NCBI GenBank assembly: GCA_964035545.1
Contig: OZ037765.1
Coordinates: forward strand, 26,721,504-26,785,503
Direction: 5' to 3'
DNA: 64,000 nt
Source: Bugula neritina
Taxonomy: Eukaryota > Animalia > Bryozoa
Below the pieces are notes generated by a model that did no database searches, was not told where the DNA came from, and was given only the letters and a program-made list of their open reading frames with translations. This document shows, in pieces, positions 24,253 to 37,776 of this stretch. A program made the position numbers and the translations under genes. Each line of letters opens with the position of its first letter. Position 1 is the stretch's first letter.

Positions 24253-26163
24253 ATCATTTCCACTTCTTTGATGCTAGCATTTTTTGAACCTGCAATAAGG
24301 AACAAAGTTTAGATTTACATCTACAAGTTGAGAATTCAAAAACACTTGAACTGTTCACATACTTGCATTTATAAAATTTCCCCCCTTCACTGAGATTTGA
24401 ACTCTAGATTTACAGCTTGCAAACATGCAAGCACAATGACCGTTACACCACATGGACTACAAGATTCCCCACAACTAACAGCGATCTCTAATTAGGTCTG
24501 CCCTGATAAATTATTTAAGTAATATAGTAATTGCATTGCATATTGATTTATCTTGAAACATTTAGTCAGAAAATAAGTTATGTTGTGTGTTGCAGGCTTG
24601 GTTGATATGCTGTATGCTTTATATTCCTTTTACTTTGAAACTGCAACTTGACTTTTAGAAGAGTTTTTTAAATGCTGACAGACACATTTTAGCATAGAAT
24701 TATCCACCCTATAGTTGCACAATAACTATTTTTCTTTTTCTTATAGCAAAAAATCAAAAAACTATAATGCTGTGGTAAATTGTATTAGTCTTTAAGTACA
24801 TGCAGGTTGAGTATAGATGCGCATTGATTACACACAGACCTGGTAGATGGGCTAAACTTAGCTGGAAGATACAGGAAGTAAAAGCACCCAATAAAATACG
24901 TAATAGACAAGATACTACTTTGACTAAAATAGTGTTAGAAGGTGACGTTACATAACAAATAATAGAGTGAAATATAATTCAATAACCCAACAATATAACA
25001 ATGTGTTAGCTGAATTTTCCTTGTATAATAGCCGCCATGACTCATGGCTGTTGTATTTCTAAAGCTGCTAAAAAAGTAGGATAATAACTAAAATACAGAC
25101 TTTTATCTACACTATAATAGTAATTACTGGTTTAAATCGCTGTAACTTGAAAAAGAAGTTATTAAATAAACTGCCCTGTAAAACATTATATATTGTTATG
25201 CCTGCATGGATATCACTGTTTAATCTTTCCATCATGTTTGCGCTAATTTAGTGCTATAGCATAGATAAAGTGTATTTAAGTAATATTTAAAAATAGTTAA
25301 GAGAAAAAAATTATGCTTTGGATAGTTACTATATTTTAGGAAAACATGCAGTTGAAGCAGTGAAATAACATTTGTTTTGATATATATATGTGTTATAGCA
25401 CTTGTTGTCCTATATATAAACAGGCGCACTTATGACAGATAACAAAAGTTTACATACCAAATAATAATTATCAACTCTAAAAAGAAAGTGTTCACATTGA
25501 TTTAAAGCCAGCTGAATGATTATTGCTGAAATTTTTGATATGTTTGTTTAAAAATTTAATAAATGTTGTGCTGCTGTAATAGTTATAGAAATAAAGTGAT
25601 TATACAGAACAATACTCTTTTTATTATGTTTATTTATTGCAATATATTGTTAAAATAGAATATTATTGAATAGAAAATATAATTAACTAAAGTAATAGGT
25701 ATAACTTTATTTTCATGACACAATTGTCTAACCTATGAATAATATGACATTTATAAAACAGGATTATAAAAATAATTACTAAATGTTGGCACAAAACTGC
25801 TTTAAATGGTAAAAGCAACAATTTATTAAAAATCCCTTTTCGTAAAATTTGGTTTGTGATAACACTAAATATGTTGTATAATAGTAAAGAACAGCTAGAT
25901 AGTCAACTACAAATAGATATATATAATGTTAAATTATTCAGGTTACCAGAATTAGGCAATTTTTAAATTGGTGTTGTGTTTTAGATGCAACTATATTTGA
26001 ATCCCTATATTGGACTGAATTCATCCTTCATAAAAAATTTTTCAGTGGCTTTAGTTCCAGGTACAATTAAAACATATGTAAAAACTAGCAATATTAATTG
26101 TAGAAGTATGCCATTACAGCCTCAAAGAAATGTAAATGTCTGCTTTTAAACATCATCAACAAA

Positions 26164-28846
26164 TCAAGTTTCTTGGTTATGCTTTTTCATGTGAGAAACA
26201 AGTTGCCCTTTTTGAGCAGCCTTGTAGTCACATAGTTTACATTGGAATGGTTTCTCTCCAGTGTGTGTCCTCATGTGTTTCGTGAGAGTAATTTGCTGTG
26301 CTGACTTGTAGTCACATTGATTACATTGAAATGGTTTTTCTCCAGTATGAGTTCTCATGTGTTTGATTTAATAATGTTTATGGGCAAAAGCATAACCACA
26401 GACTTTACACTCAAATGGTTTCTCTCCAGAGTGTGTTCTCATGTGCAGAATAAGATGACTTTTATATCCAGTTTTATAGTCACAAACGCTGCACTCATAT
26501 GGTCTTTCTCCAGTGTGTCTCTTCATATGCTGAGTAACATTACCTTTATGTACTGACTTGAAGTCGCATTGACCACATTGGAACGGTTTTTCTCCCGTAT
26601 GAATTCTCATGTGTGCGATGAGATTATTTTTCCAAATGAAAGCCTGACTGCAAACTTTGCAAACAAAAGGTCTCTCTCTTGTGTGTCTTCTCATATGATG
26701 GACAAGACTATTTTTACGATCAGTAAGGTAATTACATAGATGGCATTGAAATTTTTTCTTCTCTGTGTGCAATTTTCTATGTTTAGCAAGTCTAACCTGT
26801 CTTGTAGATTCATCTTTACAAGTACTAGTATGTAAAAGTTTCTTCTGGTTGCAGTTTGCTTTTGCTGGGATCACTAGATCTTCTTTCTGGTCAAACACAT
26901 CTCCAGGTATGTTAGTAGTTACATGCGTATTTTTACTATAAGTGTGATTTTCTGTAATTTTGTCTGAGTTGCAGTATTCATGTGCTCCTTTACACAATGC
27001 AGCCACCTGATAATCAAAAGTGTTTCCATTATCAAATTCTGGGTGAATTCCTTCTGTAAAAAATAAAACAATTAAAACACCTAAAGTTTTCACTAATCAG
27101 TTTTAGGTTCTACTCTACGTTATTTATTTTTGTCATGCAAACTTATTCTCTCAGTTGAAAACGACAACTCATATCTATTGCTCCTGTGCATCTGTTAATG
27201 ATACAAAAAAAAATCATATTTCAGGATATTTTGCTCAATTAGAAGTTGTTAATTCTATAGTGAATGATATTTTGTATTCTCACTAAAGCCTACTTTAAAC
27301 GCAAATAACTGCAAGTATAATTATGTAATATTGTGGACTATTTTTTCAAATGATAGGAAAATAAGTTGATTAAAACATAAATTCGCAAGTAAACTTCCCT
27401 CAATTTAGTCACCTGCTTGCTCAACCTCATTGAAATTCAATTTGAAAAGAAAACAAAAAGTCTAAAAACATGCTCATTATGATACACCTATAATATTATA
27501 GTTTTGAAAGAATTTGTTGTACATCTTCTTAGATATACTCACCAGTTGAGTCAGTATATCTAAGAATATGTAGCAACCACAAATGTCAGCCATTTTTAGA
27601 AATGTCTGATCTTTCTGTACGGCATTGCTTTCCACCAGGATCAAGCACTGCTTGATTAGAAAAAGATGAGATGGACACCTATTAGACAGGAAGACAATAT
27701 AGTACCAATTCATTTGATATAAATGTCCAATGAAATTTTATATTTATGTTTTCAATTTTATATTACGACACACTTTTGGTTGCATACCAGTAGCCTCAAA
27801 TGTCAGCCATTTTTAGAACGTCCCGGCTAAAGTTCTCATAATGCGCTATTGCATGGGTAAGAGTGTTGACACCTCATTAGACATTTATATCCAATGAGTT
27901 GACACCAACGTTTCCCTGTGCAATAGGAGTCAGAGCAAACTTTTTAATAAAGCAGTGCTTTATCCTGGAATACCGTGATGTAGTACTGACATTTGATGGT
28001 ACCTCGTCTGGGAGGTAAGAGTAATTCCACAATACAAAGCTAAAATAGCTTGTAAAATGTTAGCCTTAACTGAGATTCAAACCTGAGACCTGCTGCTTGC
28101 AAATGGGTACGCTAACCATTTCACCACAGTGACTTCGGGTATTCCAAACAACAACATAGTTTTAGATATACTCACTAGTTGAATTGAAGTCTGTTGTAAC
28201 ATTCAGTCCTAAAACTGTGAAAGCTTCAGAGATAACGTTAGACAGAGGAACATCAGGTTCTTCTGGTAGATTGTTGTCATATACTGAAGCTTCTGTGTTA
28301 ACGGAGTTATGAATGTTTGTATGATCATTAGGGGGGAATAAAGTGACTGCATTTACAGAATATATATTTTGATTTTGAACATAATTCTCAAAGAAACCAT
28401 TCTCTAAGTATGAGTCTGAGACTGTAGTTGGCATGTCAAGAAGAGGTTGAGTGTCTGATACTACTGGATGATGTTTATACTGTGACACAAAGTTTCTATT
28501 GATAAAAGTAGGCTCCAGTTCAATACTACAATGATCTCTAAAATATGATTCCTGTCTGTGTTGATTAGGTATTTGAAAAGACCCATGTGTTACTATAACT
28601 ACAAAAAAGATTTTAAAAAACAATATAAATTGACATTTACATTAAAAAAGTTATTTTCAATTGTTTTGCCTTTTTTACTTCGAATATTGACAGTGGAAGA
28701 AACAATATATTAAAAATGTTACAAACTTACATTGCCATTTAAAAGTTTGTTTTTAAAATTTTTGCTTTTTCATGACAAATATTCACATATAAAGAGCTTT
28801 GTTATTATTACGCATTATTATACTTACATTGGTTACCCATCGACAT
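26164..28846 (-). pseudogene. C2H2 zinc-finger gene, unit 3 (7 fingers) with an in-frame nonsense codon in finger 5 (TTA>TAA at 26368-26370); truncated 4-finger product or pseudogene. Exons 28846-28828, 28598-28176, 27053-26164
   Basis: AFAHKHY*IKHMRTH continues in the same frame to the normal HNQET stop; paralogues have Leu at this position. Confidence 0.8.
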
Positions 28847-29569
28847 GGTTGATAAACTAAACCTTATAGCTAATAACTCCGAAAGGAAGGAAATAAATTA
28901 AGGTAAAAGATTCACTATAAAACTGTCAGATATACCTACACTTTGCAGAGAAATGTTCTAAAAGAAATCTAATATGATCACCAAAGCATTATAATCTGTT
29001 AGCTATATACAGCTAGTATACATTCAATTGTTCAGCTACAGTTAGCTATTGTATCTTATAAAATACATTTGACAATCGCAAAGTAAAAGAGAACAGGCCT
29101 GTGGTTAATCTCAATTTTTTTTGTCTGTTTGTTTCAAAAAAGCTATAACTTATATATAATATATAGATGCACATCAATAGCTAAAACAGTTTAGGTGCAA
29201 TATTATTTGTATAAATTATTATTGAACTCAAGTAGATTTATATTTACAGCTTTAGATCAAGCACATTAATTCAAAGCTACATTGGCAAGCAAGTTTACTT
29301 CCTTTCATATAAGTTATGTTTATGTATTTATAACAACTATTACGTCTGAATGAAGTAGTTTCAGAAAGACATAGAGGACGTGCTTTGTATTTTTATGTGT
29401 AAAACTTCCATTACTTTCTTGTTTTCACTGTGACTGTTTTATTGTCTATCATTTTCACTTCTTTAATGCTAGCATATTTCTCGACCCCGACAAAGTTTAG
29501 ATTTACATCTACAAGTTGAGAATTCAAAAACACTTGAACTGTTCATATACTTGCATTTATAAAACTTTT

Positions 29570-29643
29570 GCCCTTACTGGGATTCGAACCCCAGACCTAC
29601 GGCTTACAGGCGCAGGCACACTGACCATTACACTACATGTGCT
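29570..29643 (-). other. Degenerate tRNA-like (Pol III A/B box) sequence upstream of unit 3; more decayed homologues near 24380-24460, 35376-35455, 38934-39015 and 57886-57968
   Basis: GCACATGTAGTGTAATGGTCAGTGTGCC...CTGGGGTTCGAATCCCAGTAAGGGC followed by AAAAGTTTT. The acceptor and anticodon stems do not pair, so it is not a functional tRNA. Confidence 0.7.
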
Positions 29644-31453
29644 ACAGATTCCCCACAACTATATAACAGCGATCTCTAATTAGGTCTGCCCTGATGAATT
29701 ATTTAAGTAATATAGTAATTGCATTGCATATTGATTTACCTTGAAACATTTAGTCAGAAAATAAGTTATGTTGTGTGTTGCAGGCTGCAGGCTTGGTTGA
29801 TGTGCTGTATGCTATATATTCCTTTTACTTTGAAACTGCAACTTGACTTTTAGAAGAATCTTTAAAAGGCTGACAGGCACATTTTAGCAAAAAATTATCC
29901 ACCATATAATTACATGTATATAGTTGCACAATAAGTATTTTTCTTATAGTAATAAAGCAAAAAATTATAATATTGTGGTAAATTTTATTAGTCTAAGTAC
30001 ATGCAGGTTGATTATAAATAATGCACATTGATTACACACAGACCTGGTAGATGGGCTAAACTTAGCTGGGAAGTACAGGAAGTAAAAGTACTCAATAAAA
30101 TATGTAATAGACAGGATACGACTTCTACTAAAATAGTGTTAGAAGGTGACGTTACATATTAATAAATAATTGAGTGAAATATAATTCAATAACCCAACAA
30201 TATAACAATTTGTTAGTTGAATTCTCCTTGTACAGCGGCCATGACTCATGACTATTGTATTTCTAAAGTTGATTAAAAATTGGAATAATAACTAAAAACA
30301 GGCTTTTATCTATACTGTTGAATAATAATAGTAGAACTTACTGCTTTAAATTTTTGTAACTTGAAAAAGAAGTTATTGAATAAACGGCCCTGTAAAACAT
30401 TATATATTGTTATAGCTGCATGAATATCACTGTTCAATCTTAACCCATTATGTAATTGTTGAATTTTTAACATGGTACACTAATTTAGTATTATAGCATA
30501 GATAAAGTGTATATATTTAAGTAATATTCACAAATAGTTGAAAGAAAAAAATTATGCTTTGAATAATTGCTATATTTTAGAAAGATATGCAGTTCAAGCA
30601 GTGAAATAGCATTTGTTTTGATATATGTGTTATAGCATTTGTTGTGCTAAATATAAACAGGCCTATTTGTGACAGATAACTAAAGTATACGTACCAAATG
30701 ATAATTATTAACTCTAAAAAGTAATTGTTCACATTGATTTAAAACCAGCTGAATGATTATTGTTAAAATTTTTTATAATATTTTGTTTAAAAATTTAATA
30801 AATGTTGTGCTGCTGTAATAGTTATAGAAATAAAGGGATTATCCAGAACACTACTCTTTTCAGTATGATGCTTATTTATTGCAATATGTTATTAAAATAG
30901 AATATTATTGAATAGAAAATATAATTAATTAAAGTATAGGTATAACTTAAATTTCATGACACATGTATCTAACCTATGAATAATATGACATTTATAAAAT
31001 AATACTATAAAGTTAGTTACTAAATGTTGGCAAAAAACTGTTTTAAATGATAGAAGCAAGAATTGATTATAAATCACTTTTCGTAAAATTTGGTTTGTGA
31101 TAACACTAAATATTTTGAATAATGGTAAAGAGCAGCTAATAGATAGTCAACTACAAATAGATTTATATATAATGTTAGATTACTTAGGGTACCAGAATTA
31201 GGCAATTTTTAAATTTGTGTTTTGTTTTAGATGCAAATATATTTGAATCCCTATATTGGACTGAATTCATCCTTCATAAAAAATCTTTTGGTGACTTTAG
31301 TTCCAGGTACAATTAAAACATATATGTAAGAACTAGCAATATTAATTGTAGAAGTATGCCATTACAGCCTCAAAGACAGTAAACAAAATAATTCCTTCTG
31401 TGTCTGTGCCAAAATCTGCTTGTAAATTTCTGCTTTTAAACGTCATCAGCAAT

Positions 31454-34198
31454 TCAAGTTTCTTGGTTATGCTTTTTCATGTGAGAAACAAGGTTTCCTT
31501 TTTGAGAAGCCTTGTAGTCACATAGTTTACAGTGGAATGGTTTCTCTTCAGTGTGTGTCCTCATGTGTCTGTTAAGATCACCTTTTTGTTTTGCCTTATA
31601 GTCACATACACTACAATTATATGGTTTCTCTCCTGTGTGTGTCATCATGTGTCTGTTAAGATCACTTTTTCGTTTTGCCTTATAGTCACATACACTACAA
31701 TTATATGGTTTCTCTCCTGTGTGTGTTCTCATATGATTCCTGAGAGTACTTTGCTGTGCTGACTTGTAGTCACATTGGTCACATTGAAATGGTTTTTCTC
31801 TAGTATGCTTTCTCATGTGTTCGGTTAAATAATTTTTATGAGCAAAAGCATAACCACAGACTTTACACTCAAATGGTTTTTCTCCAGAGTGTATTCTCAT
31901 GTGCAAAACAAGATAATTTTTGTACCCAGTTTTGAAGTCACACACACTGCATTCAAATGGTTTCTCTCCAGTGTGTTTTCTCATGTGCTCAGCAACATTA
32001 CTTTTCTGTGCTGACTTGTAGTCGCATTGATCACATTGAAAAGGTTTTTCTCCAGTATGAGTTCTCATGTGCAGAATAAGACAACTTTTGTATCCAGTTT
32101 TATAGTCACATACATTGCACTCGTATGGTTTTTCTCCAGCGTGTTTCTTCATATGCCGGGTCAGATCAGCTTTATGTACTGACTTGTAGTCACAATGATC
32201 ACATTGGAATGGTTTCTCTCCAGTATGGATTCTCATGTGTGAGGTGAGACTCTTTTTCCAAATGAAAGCCTGACTGCAAACTTTGCAAACAAAAGGTCTC
32301 TCTCTTGTGTGTCTTCTCATATGCTGGGTAAGAGTACTTTTATGTTCAGTCAAGTAGTTACATAGGTAGCATTGAAATTTTTTCTTCTCTGTGTGCAATT
32401 TTCTATGTCTAGCAAGTCTAACCTGTCTTGTAGATTCATCTTTACAAGTAGTATGTACAAGTTTCTTCTGGTTGCAGTTTGCTTTTGCTGGAATCACTAA
32501 ATCTTCTTTCTGGTCAAACACATCTCCAGGTATGTTAGTAGCTACGGGCATATTTTCAATAGTAGGATTTTCTGTAATTATGTCTGAGTTGTATTCATGT
32601 GCTTCTTTACACAATGAAGTCACCAAATTATTCAAAGTTCTTCCGTTATCAAACTCTGTTTGAATTCTCTCTGTAAAATATAAAACAATTAAAAAGCCTA
32701 AAGTTTCTACTAATCAGTTTTTAGGTTTTACTCTAAGTTTTTCATTTTTGTCATGCAAACTCATTCTCTCTGTTGAAAAAGATAACGCTTGTATCCTAAT
32801 CTATTGCTCCTGTGCATCTGTTGATAAAACAGAAAGAAATTTCTATTTCAGGGTATTTTACTCAATTTAATTAATCAAAAGTTGTTAATTCTAAAGCTAG
32901 TGTATGTTATTTTGCATTCTCACCAAAACCAATTTGGAACGCAAATAATTTCAGATATGGTTATGTAATATTATCAACTATTTTTTCAAAATAGGATAGG
33001 TATTAAAATAATTTGATTAAAATATAAATTCGCAAGTAAATTCCTCTCAATTTAGTCAACTGCTTGCTCAACCTCATTGAACTCCTATTTGAAAAGAAAA
33101 CAAAACGTCTAAAAACATGCTCATTATGATACACCTATAATATTATAGTTTTGAAAGAATGTCTTGTACATCTTCTTAGATATACTCACCAGTTGAGTGA
33201 ATACTATATCTAAGAATATGTAACAACCACAAATGTCAACCATTTTTAAAAATGTCCGAACTTTCTGTACGGCATTGCTTTACGCCAGGATCAAGCACTG
33301 CTTGATCTTCAGCCCAGACACATTAAAATGGCTGACATTTTACTTTGCGGCTTATACATTATAGCAAAGTGTGTTTAGGAAAAAATAGTACTTTCTCAAT
33401 GTACAGCTAAAATAGCCTATAAAAATTTTGCTCTTTATACTCATAGGATTCGAACCCGAGACCATATTACATTGCGTGGAAGGGGCTTTGAGATTCCTAA
33501 CAACATATTCTTAGATATTCTTACCAGTTGAATTAGAATCAGCTGTAACATTCAGTCCTAAAACTGTAAAAGGCTCAGAGATAACTTCAGACAGAGGAAC
33601 ATCAGGTTCTTTTAGTATATAGTTGTTATATACTGAAGTTTCTGTGTTAACAGAGTTATGAATGTTTGTATGATCATCAGTGAGAAATGAAGTGAATGAG
33701 TTTACAGGATTCATATTTTGATTTGGAATATAATTCTCAAAGAAACCATTCTCTAAGTATGAGTCTGAGACTATAGTTGACATGTCAAGAAGAAGTTGAG
33801 TGTCTGATACTACTGGATGATGTTTATACTGTGACACAAAGTTTCTATTGATAAAAGTAGGCTCCAGTTCAATACTACATTGATCTCTAAAATATGGTTC
33901 CTGTCTGTGTTGATTAGGTATTTGAAAAGTCCCATGTGTTATCATAACTGCAAAGATATATAAAAATAATGCAAATTGACATCTACCTTACAAATATTGT
34001 TTTTAATTGTCTTGCCTTTTCCATGTCCCATATTGACAGTTGAAGAAGCATTAGAATAAAAAATACTACAAACCTACATTGCCATTTAAAAATTTGTTGT
34101 TAAAATTTTGGTTTTTTTCATAGCAACTAATCACGTATATACTGAGAATTTTCTTGTTTTTACACGTTTCTATACTTACATTGGTCACCCACAGACAT
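31454..34198 (-). CDS. C2H2 zinc-finger gene, unit 4 (11 fingers). Exons 34198-34180, 33947-33525, 32670-31454
   Basis: Intact three-exon frame; fingers 9 and 10 are near-identical 84-bp repeats. Confidence 0.88.
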
Positions 34199-35768
34199 GG
34201 TGTATAAACTAAACCTAGCTAAACAACACTAAAAAGAAGGAAATAAATGATGTTAAAATAAAATATGTTTGAGTTTCACTATAAAACTGACAGATATACA
34301 CTTTGCAGAAAAATGTTCTAAAATAAATCTACCCTGATCACCAAAGCAATATAAAACTGTTAGCTATATAACATTCAGTTGTTCAGCTACAGTTAGCTAT
34401 TGTATCTAATAAAGGAGATTTGACAATGGTAAAGTAAAAGAAAACAAGCCTGTGGTTAAACTTTTACAACTCAATTGTTTTGTACTTTTGTTTTAAAAAA
34501 GCTATAACTTCTATAATATTATATAGATATACATCAATAGCTAAAACAGTTTAGGTGCAATATTATTTCTATAAATTAATATTGAATTTAAGTGGATTTA
34601 AATTTACAGCTTTAGATCAAGCACAATAATTCAAAGCTACATTGACAAGCAAGTTTGCTTCCTTTCTTATAAATTATGTTTATGTATTTATAACAACTAA
34701 TACATTTCGGTGTCATCCCACATAAACACTTCCCAGTTAGACGATAAGCTAACTTTCCCACAAAGACGTTTCCCACATGGGCGATTCCAAGTTAGGCGCT
34801 AATTATTTATATTGCTACAATATATATTTTACGTGCTATTTATTACATTATTATTTAAATATATGTATACTTAAATAAAGCACCTAAATAATTTTTCTTG
34901 GGTCTGCATTAACATATTAATTTTACATATTTTTTGCTTCTTGTTTGAACAGATATTTTGTTAATGAGTATTCAATAATTAAAGATAATGTTTATTGTTA
35001 ATCTATTATTGTTTTTGTCCCACACAAATCTATAAAAATTAGAGTGTTATTCCAGATAATCCATGTTAGCTATTATAGCTAATAGCATTTTAGCTATTTA
35101 GCAATAAATGCAACAGTTATATAGGTACACATATATAAGTATATTACCGTATAATTATACATCATCGAAATAAAAAATAGCATCTAACTGGGAATCGTTC
35201 ATGTGGGAAATTTAGCCTAACTGGGAAGCGTCTATTTGAGATGAAACCGCCATTTTCACTTCTTTGATGCTAGCATTTTTTGAACCTGTAATAAGGAACA
35301 AAGTTTAGATTTACATCTACAAGTTGAGAATTCAAAAACACTTGAACTGTTCATATACTTGCATATATAAAATTTTCCCCTTCACTGAGATTTGAACCCT
35401 AGATTTACAGCTTGCAAACATGCAGGCACAATGACCATTACACCACATAGACTACAAGATTCCCAACAACTAACAGCGGTCTTTGATTAGGTTTACCTTG
35501 ATAAACTATTTAAGTAATATAGTAATTGCATTGCATATTGATTTACCTTGAAACATTTAGTCAGAAAATAAGTTATGTTGTGTGCTGCAGGCTTAGTTGA
35601 TATGCTGTATATGCGATATATATATTCCTTTTACTTTGAAACTGCAACTTGACTTTTAGAAGAGTGTTTTAAATGTTGACAGACACATTAATTTTAGCAT
35701 AGAATTATGCACCCTATAGTTGCACTATAACTATTTTTCTTTTTCTTATAGCAAAAAAATCAAAAAAA

Positions 35769-37776
35769 CTATAATGCTGTGGTAAATTGTATTAGTCTAA
35801 GTACATGCAGCAGATCTTCTTTCTGGTCAAACGCATCTTCAGGTATGTTAGTAGGTACAGGCAGATTTTCAATAGTAGGATTTTCTGTAATTACGTCTGA
35901 GTTGTATTCATGTGCTCCTTTACACAATGAAGTTACCAGATCATCCAAAGTGCTGCCGTTATCAAATTCTGTTTGAATTCTCTCTGTAAAACATCAAATA
36001 TCATTGAAGCTAAAATTTGCTAATCAGTTTTTAGTTTCTACTATGATTTATTTTTGTCATTTTGTCTTTCAGTTGAAAAATATAACGCTTGTATCTTAAT
36101 CCATTGCTCTTGTGCATTTGTTAAAAAAGCAAAAACTTATATAAATCAGGAGATTTTGCTCAATTTATTTAATAAAAAGTTGTTAATTTTAAAAAGTATG
36201 ATATTTTATATTCTTACCAAAACCCAATTTTAAACCCAAATAATTGCTAGTGTAGTACTGTTATGTAAAATTATCAACTATTTTTTTAAAATAGGATAGG
36301 TATTGAAGTAAGTTGATTAAAATATAAATTAGTAAGCAAACTCCTCTCATGAAATTAGTCAACTGCTTGCTCAACCTCATTGAACTTTTTGAAAAAACAC
36401 AAAACGTCTAAAAATATGCTCATTATGATGCACCTATAATATTATATAGTCGCGAAAGAGAATAGTTGTACATATTCTGAGGTATACCTACTCACCAGTT
36501 CAGCGAGTATATATATATCAAGCACTTCTTGATTAGAAAAAGATGAGATGGACACCTATTAGACAGGAAGACAATAGTATCAATTCATTTGATATAAATG
36601 TTCAATGAGGTGTCATAGATCATGTCCAATAGCACACTTTGAGACTTTTAGCCCGAAACATTGAGATGGCTGAAATTTTATATTACGGCACACCTTTTGT
36701 TGCATACCTGTAACCTCAAATGTCAGCTATTTTTGAAACGTCCCGACTGAAGTTCTGTGAATGCGCTATTGCATGGGTAAGAGTGTTGACACTTCATTAG
36801 ACATTTATATCCAATGAGTTGACACCAACATTTCCCTGTGCAATAGGAGTCAGAGCAAACTTTTTAATAAAGCATTGCTTTATCCTGGAATACCGTGATG
36901 TAGTACTGACATTTGATGGTACCTCGTCTGGGGGGTATGAGTAATTCCACAATACAAAGCTAAAATACCTTGTAAAATGTTAGCCTCAACTGAGATTCAA
37001 ACCTGAGACCTGCTGCTTGCAAGTGGGTACTGCGCTAATAACCATTACACCACAGTGACTTCAGGTATTCTAAACAACAACATATTCTTAGATATATTCT
37101 TACCAGTTGAATTGAAATCTGTTGTAACATTCAGTCCTAAAACTGTAAAAGCCTCAGAGATAACTTTAGACAGAGGAACATCAGGTTCTTTTAGTATATA
37201 GTTGTTATATACTGAAGCTTCTGTGTTAACATAGTTATGAATGTTTGTATGATCATCAGTGAGAAATGAAGTGACTGACATTACAGGATTCATATTTCGA
37301 TTTGGAATATAATTCTCAAAGAAACCATTCTCTAAGTATGAGTCTGAGACTGTAGTTGACATGTCAAGAAGAGGTTGAGTGTCTGATACTACTGAATGAT
37401 GTTTATACTGTGACACTAAGTTTCTATTGATAAAAGTAGGCTCCAGTTCAATACTACATTGATCTCTAAAATATGGTTCCTGTCTGTGTAGGTTAGGTAT
37501 TTGAAAAGCCCCCTGTGTTACCATAACTGCAAAGATATATAAAAACGATGGAAATTGACATCTACATTACAAATATTGTTTTTAATTGTCTTGTTTTTTC
37601 CAAGTCCCATATTGACAGTTGAAGAAGCATTATAATAAAAAGTACTACAAACTTACATTACCATTTAAAAACATGTTTTTAAAATTTTGGTTTTTTGATA
37701 ACAACTAATCACATATATACTGAGAATTTTCTTGTTTTTACACGTTTCTATACTTACATTGGTCACCCACAGACAT
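35769..37776 (-). pseudogene. Unit 5: finger-less paralogue in which a deletion removed all fingers and the 3' region. Exons 37776-37758, 37526-37104, 35983-35769; frame ends DQKEDLLHVLRLIQFTTAL*
   Basis: The junction GTACATGCAG|CAGATCTTC at 35810/35811 fuses the linker part of exon 3 to intergenic DNA. Exons 1-2 and the splice sites are intact. Confidence 0.75.

Noticed and set aside
26368-26370. Programmed readthrough or selenocysteine in unit 3
   Set aside because: The codon is TAA, replaces the conserved Leu and occurs in only one copy; a simple nonsense mutation is more likely.
31532-32663. Recurrent antisense ORFs over finger and linker exons (also 16392, 26317, 35779, 40801, 46953, 47226, 51502, 51521, 60576)
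   Set aside because: They are shadow frames of the ZF coding strand and recur only because the genes are duplicated.
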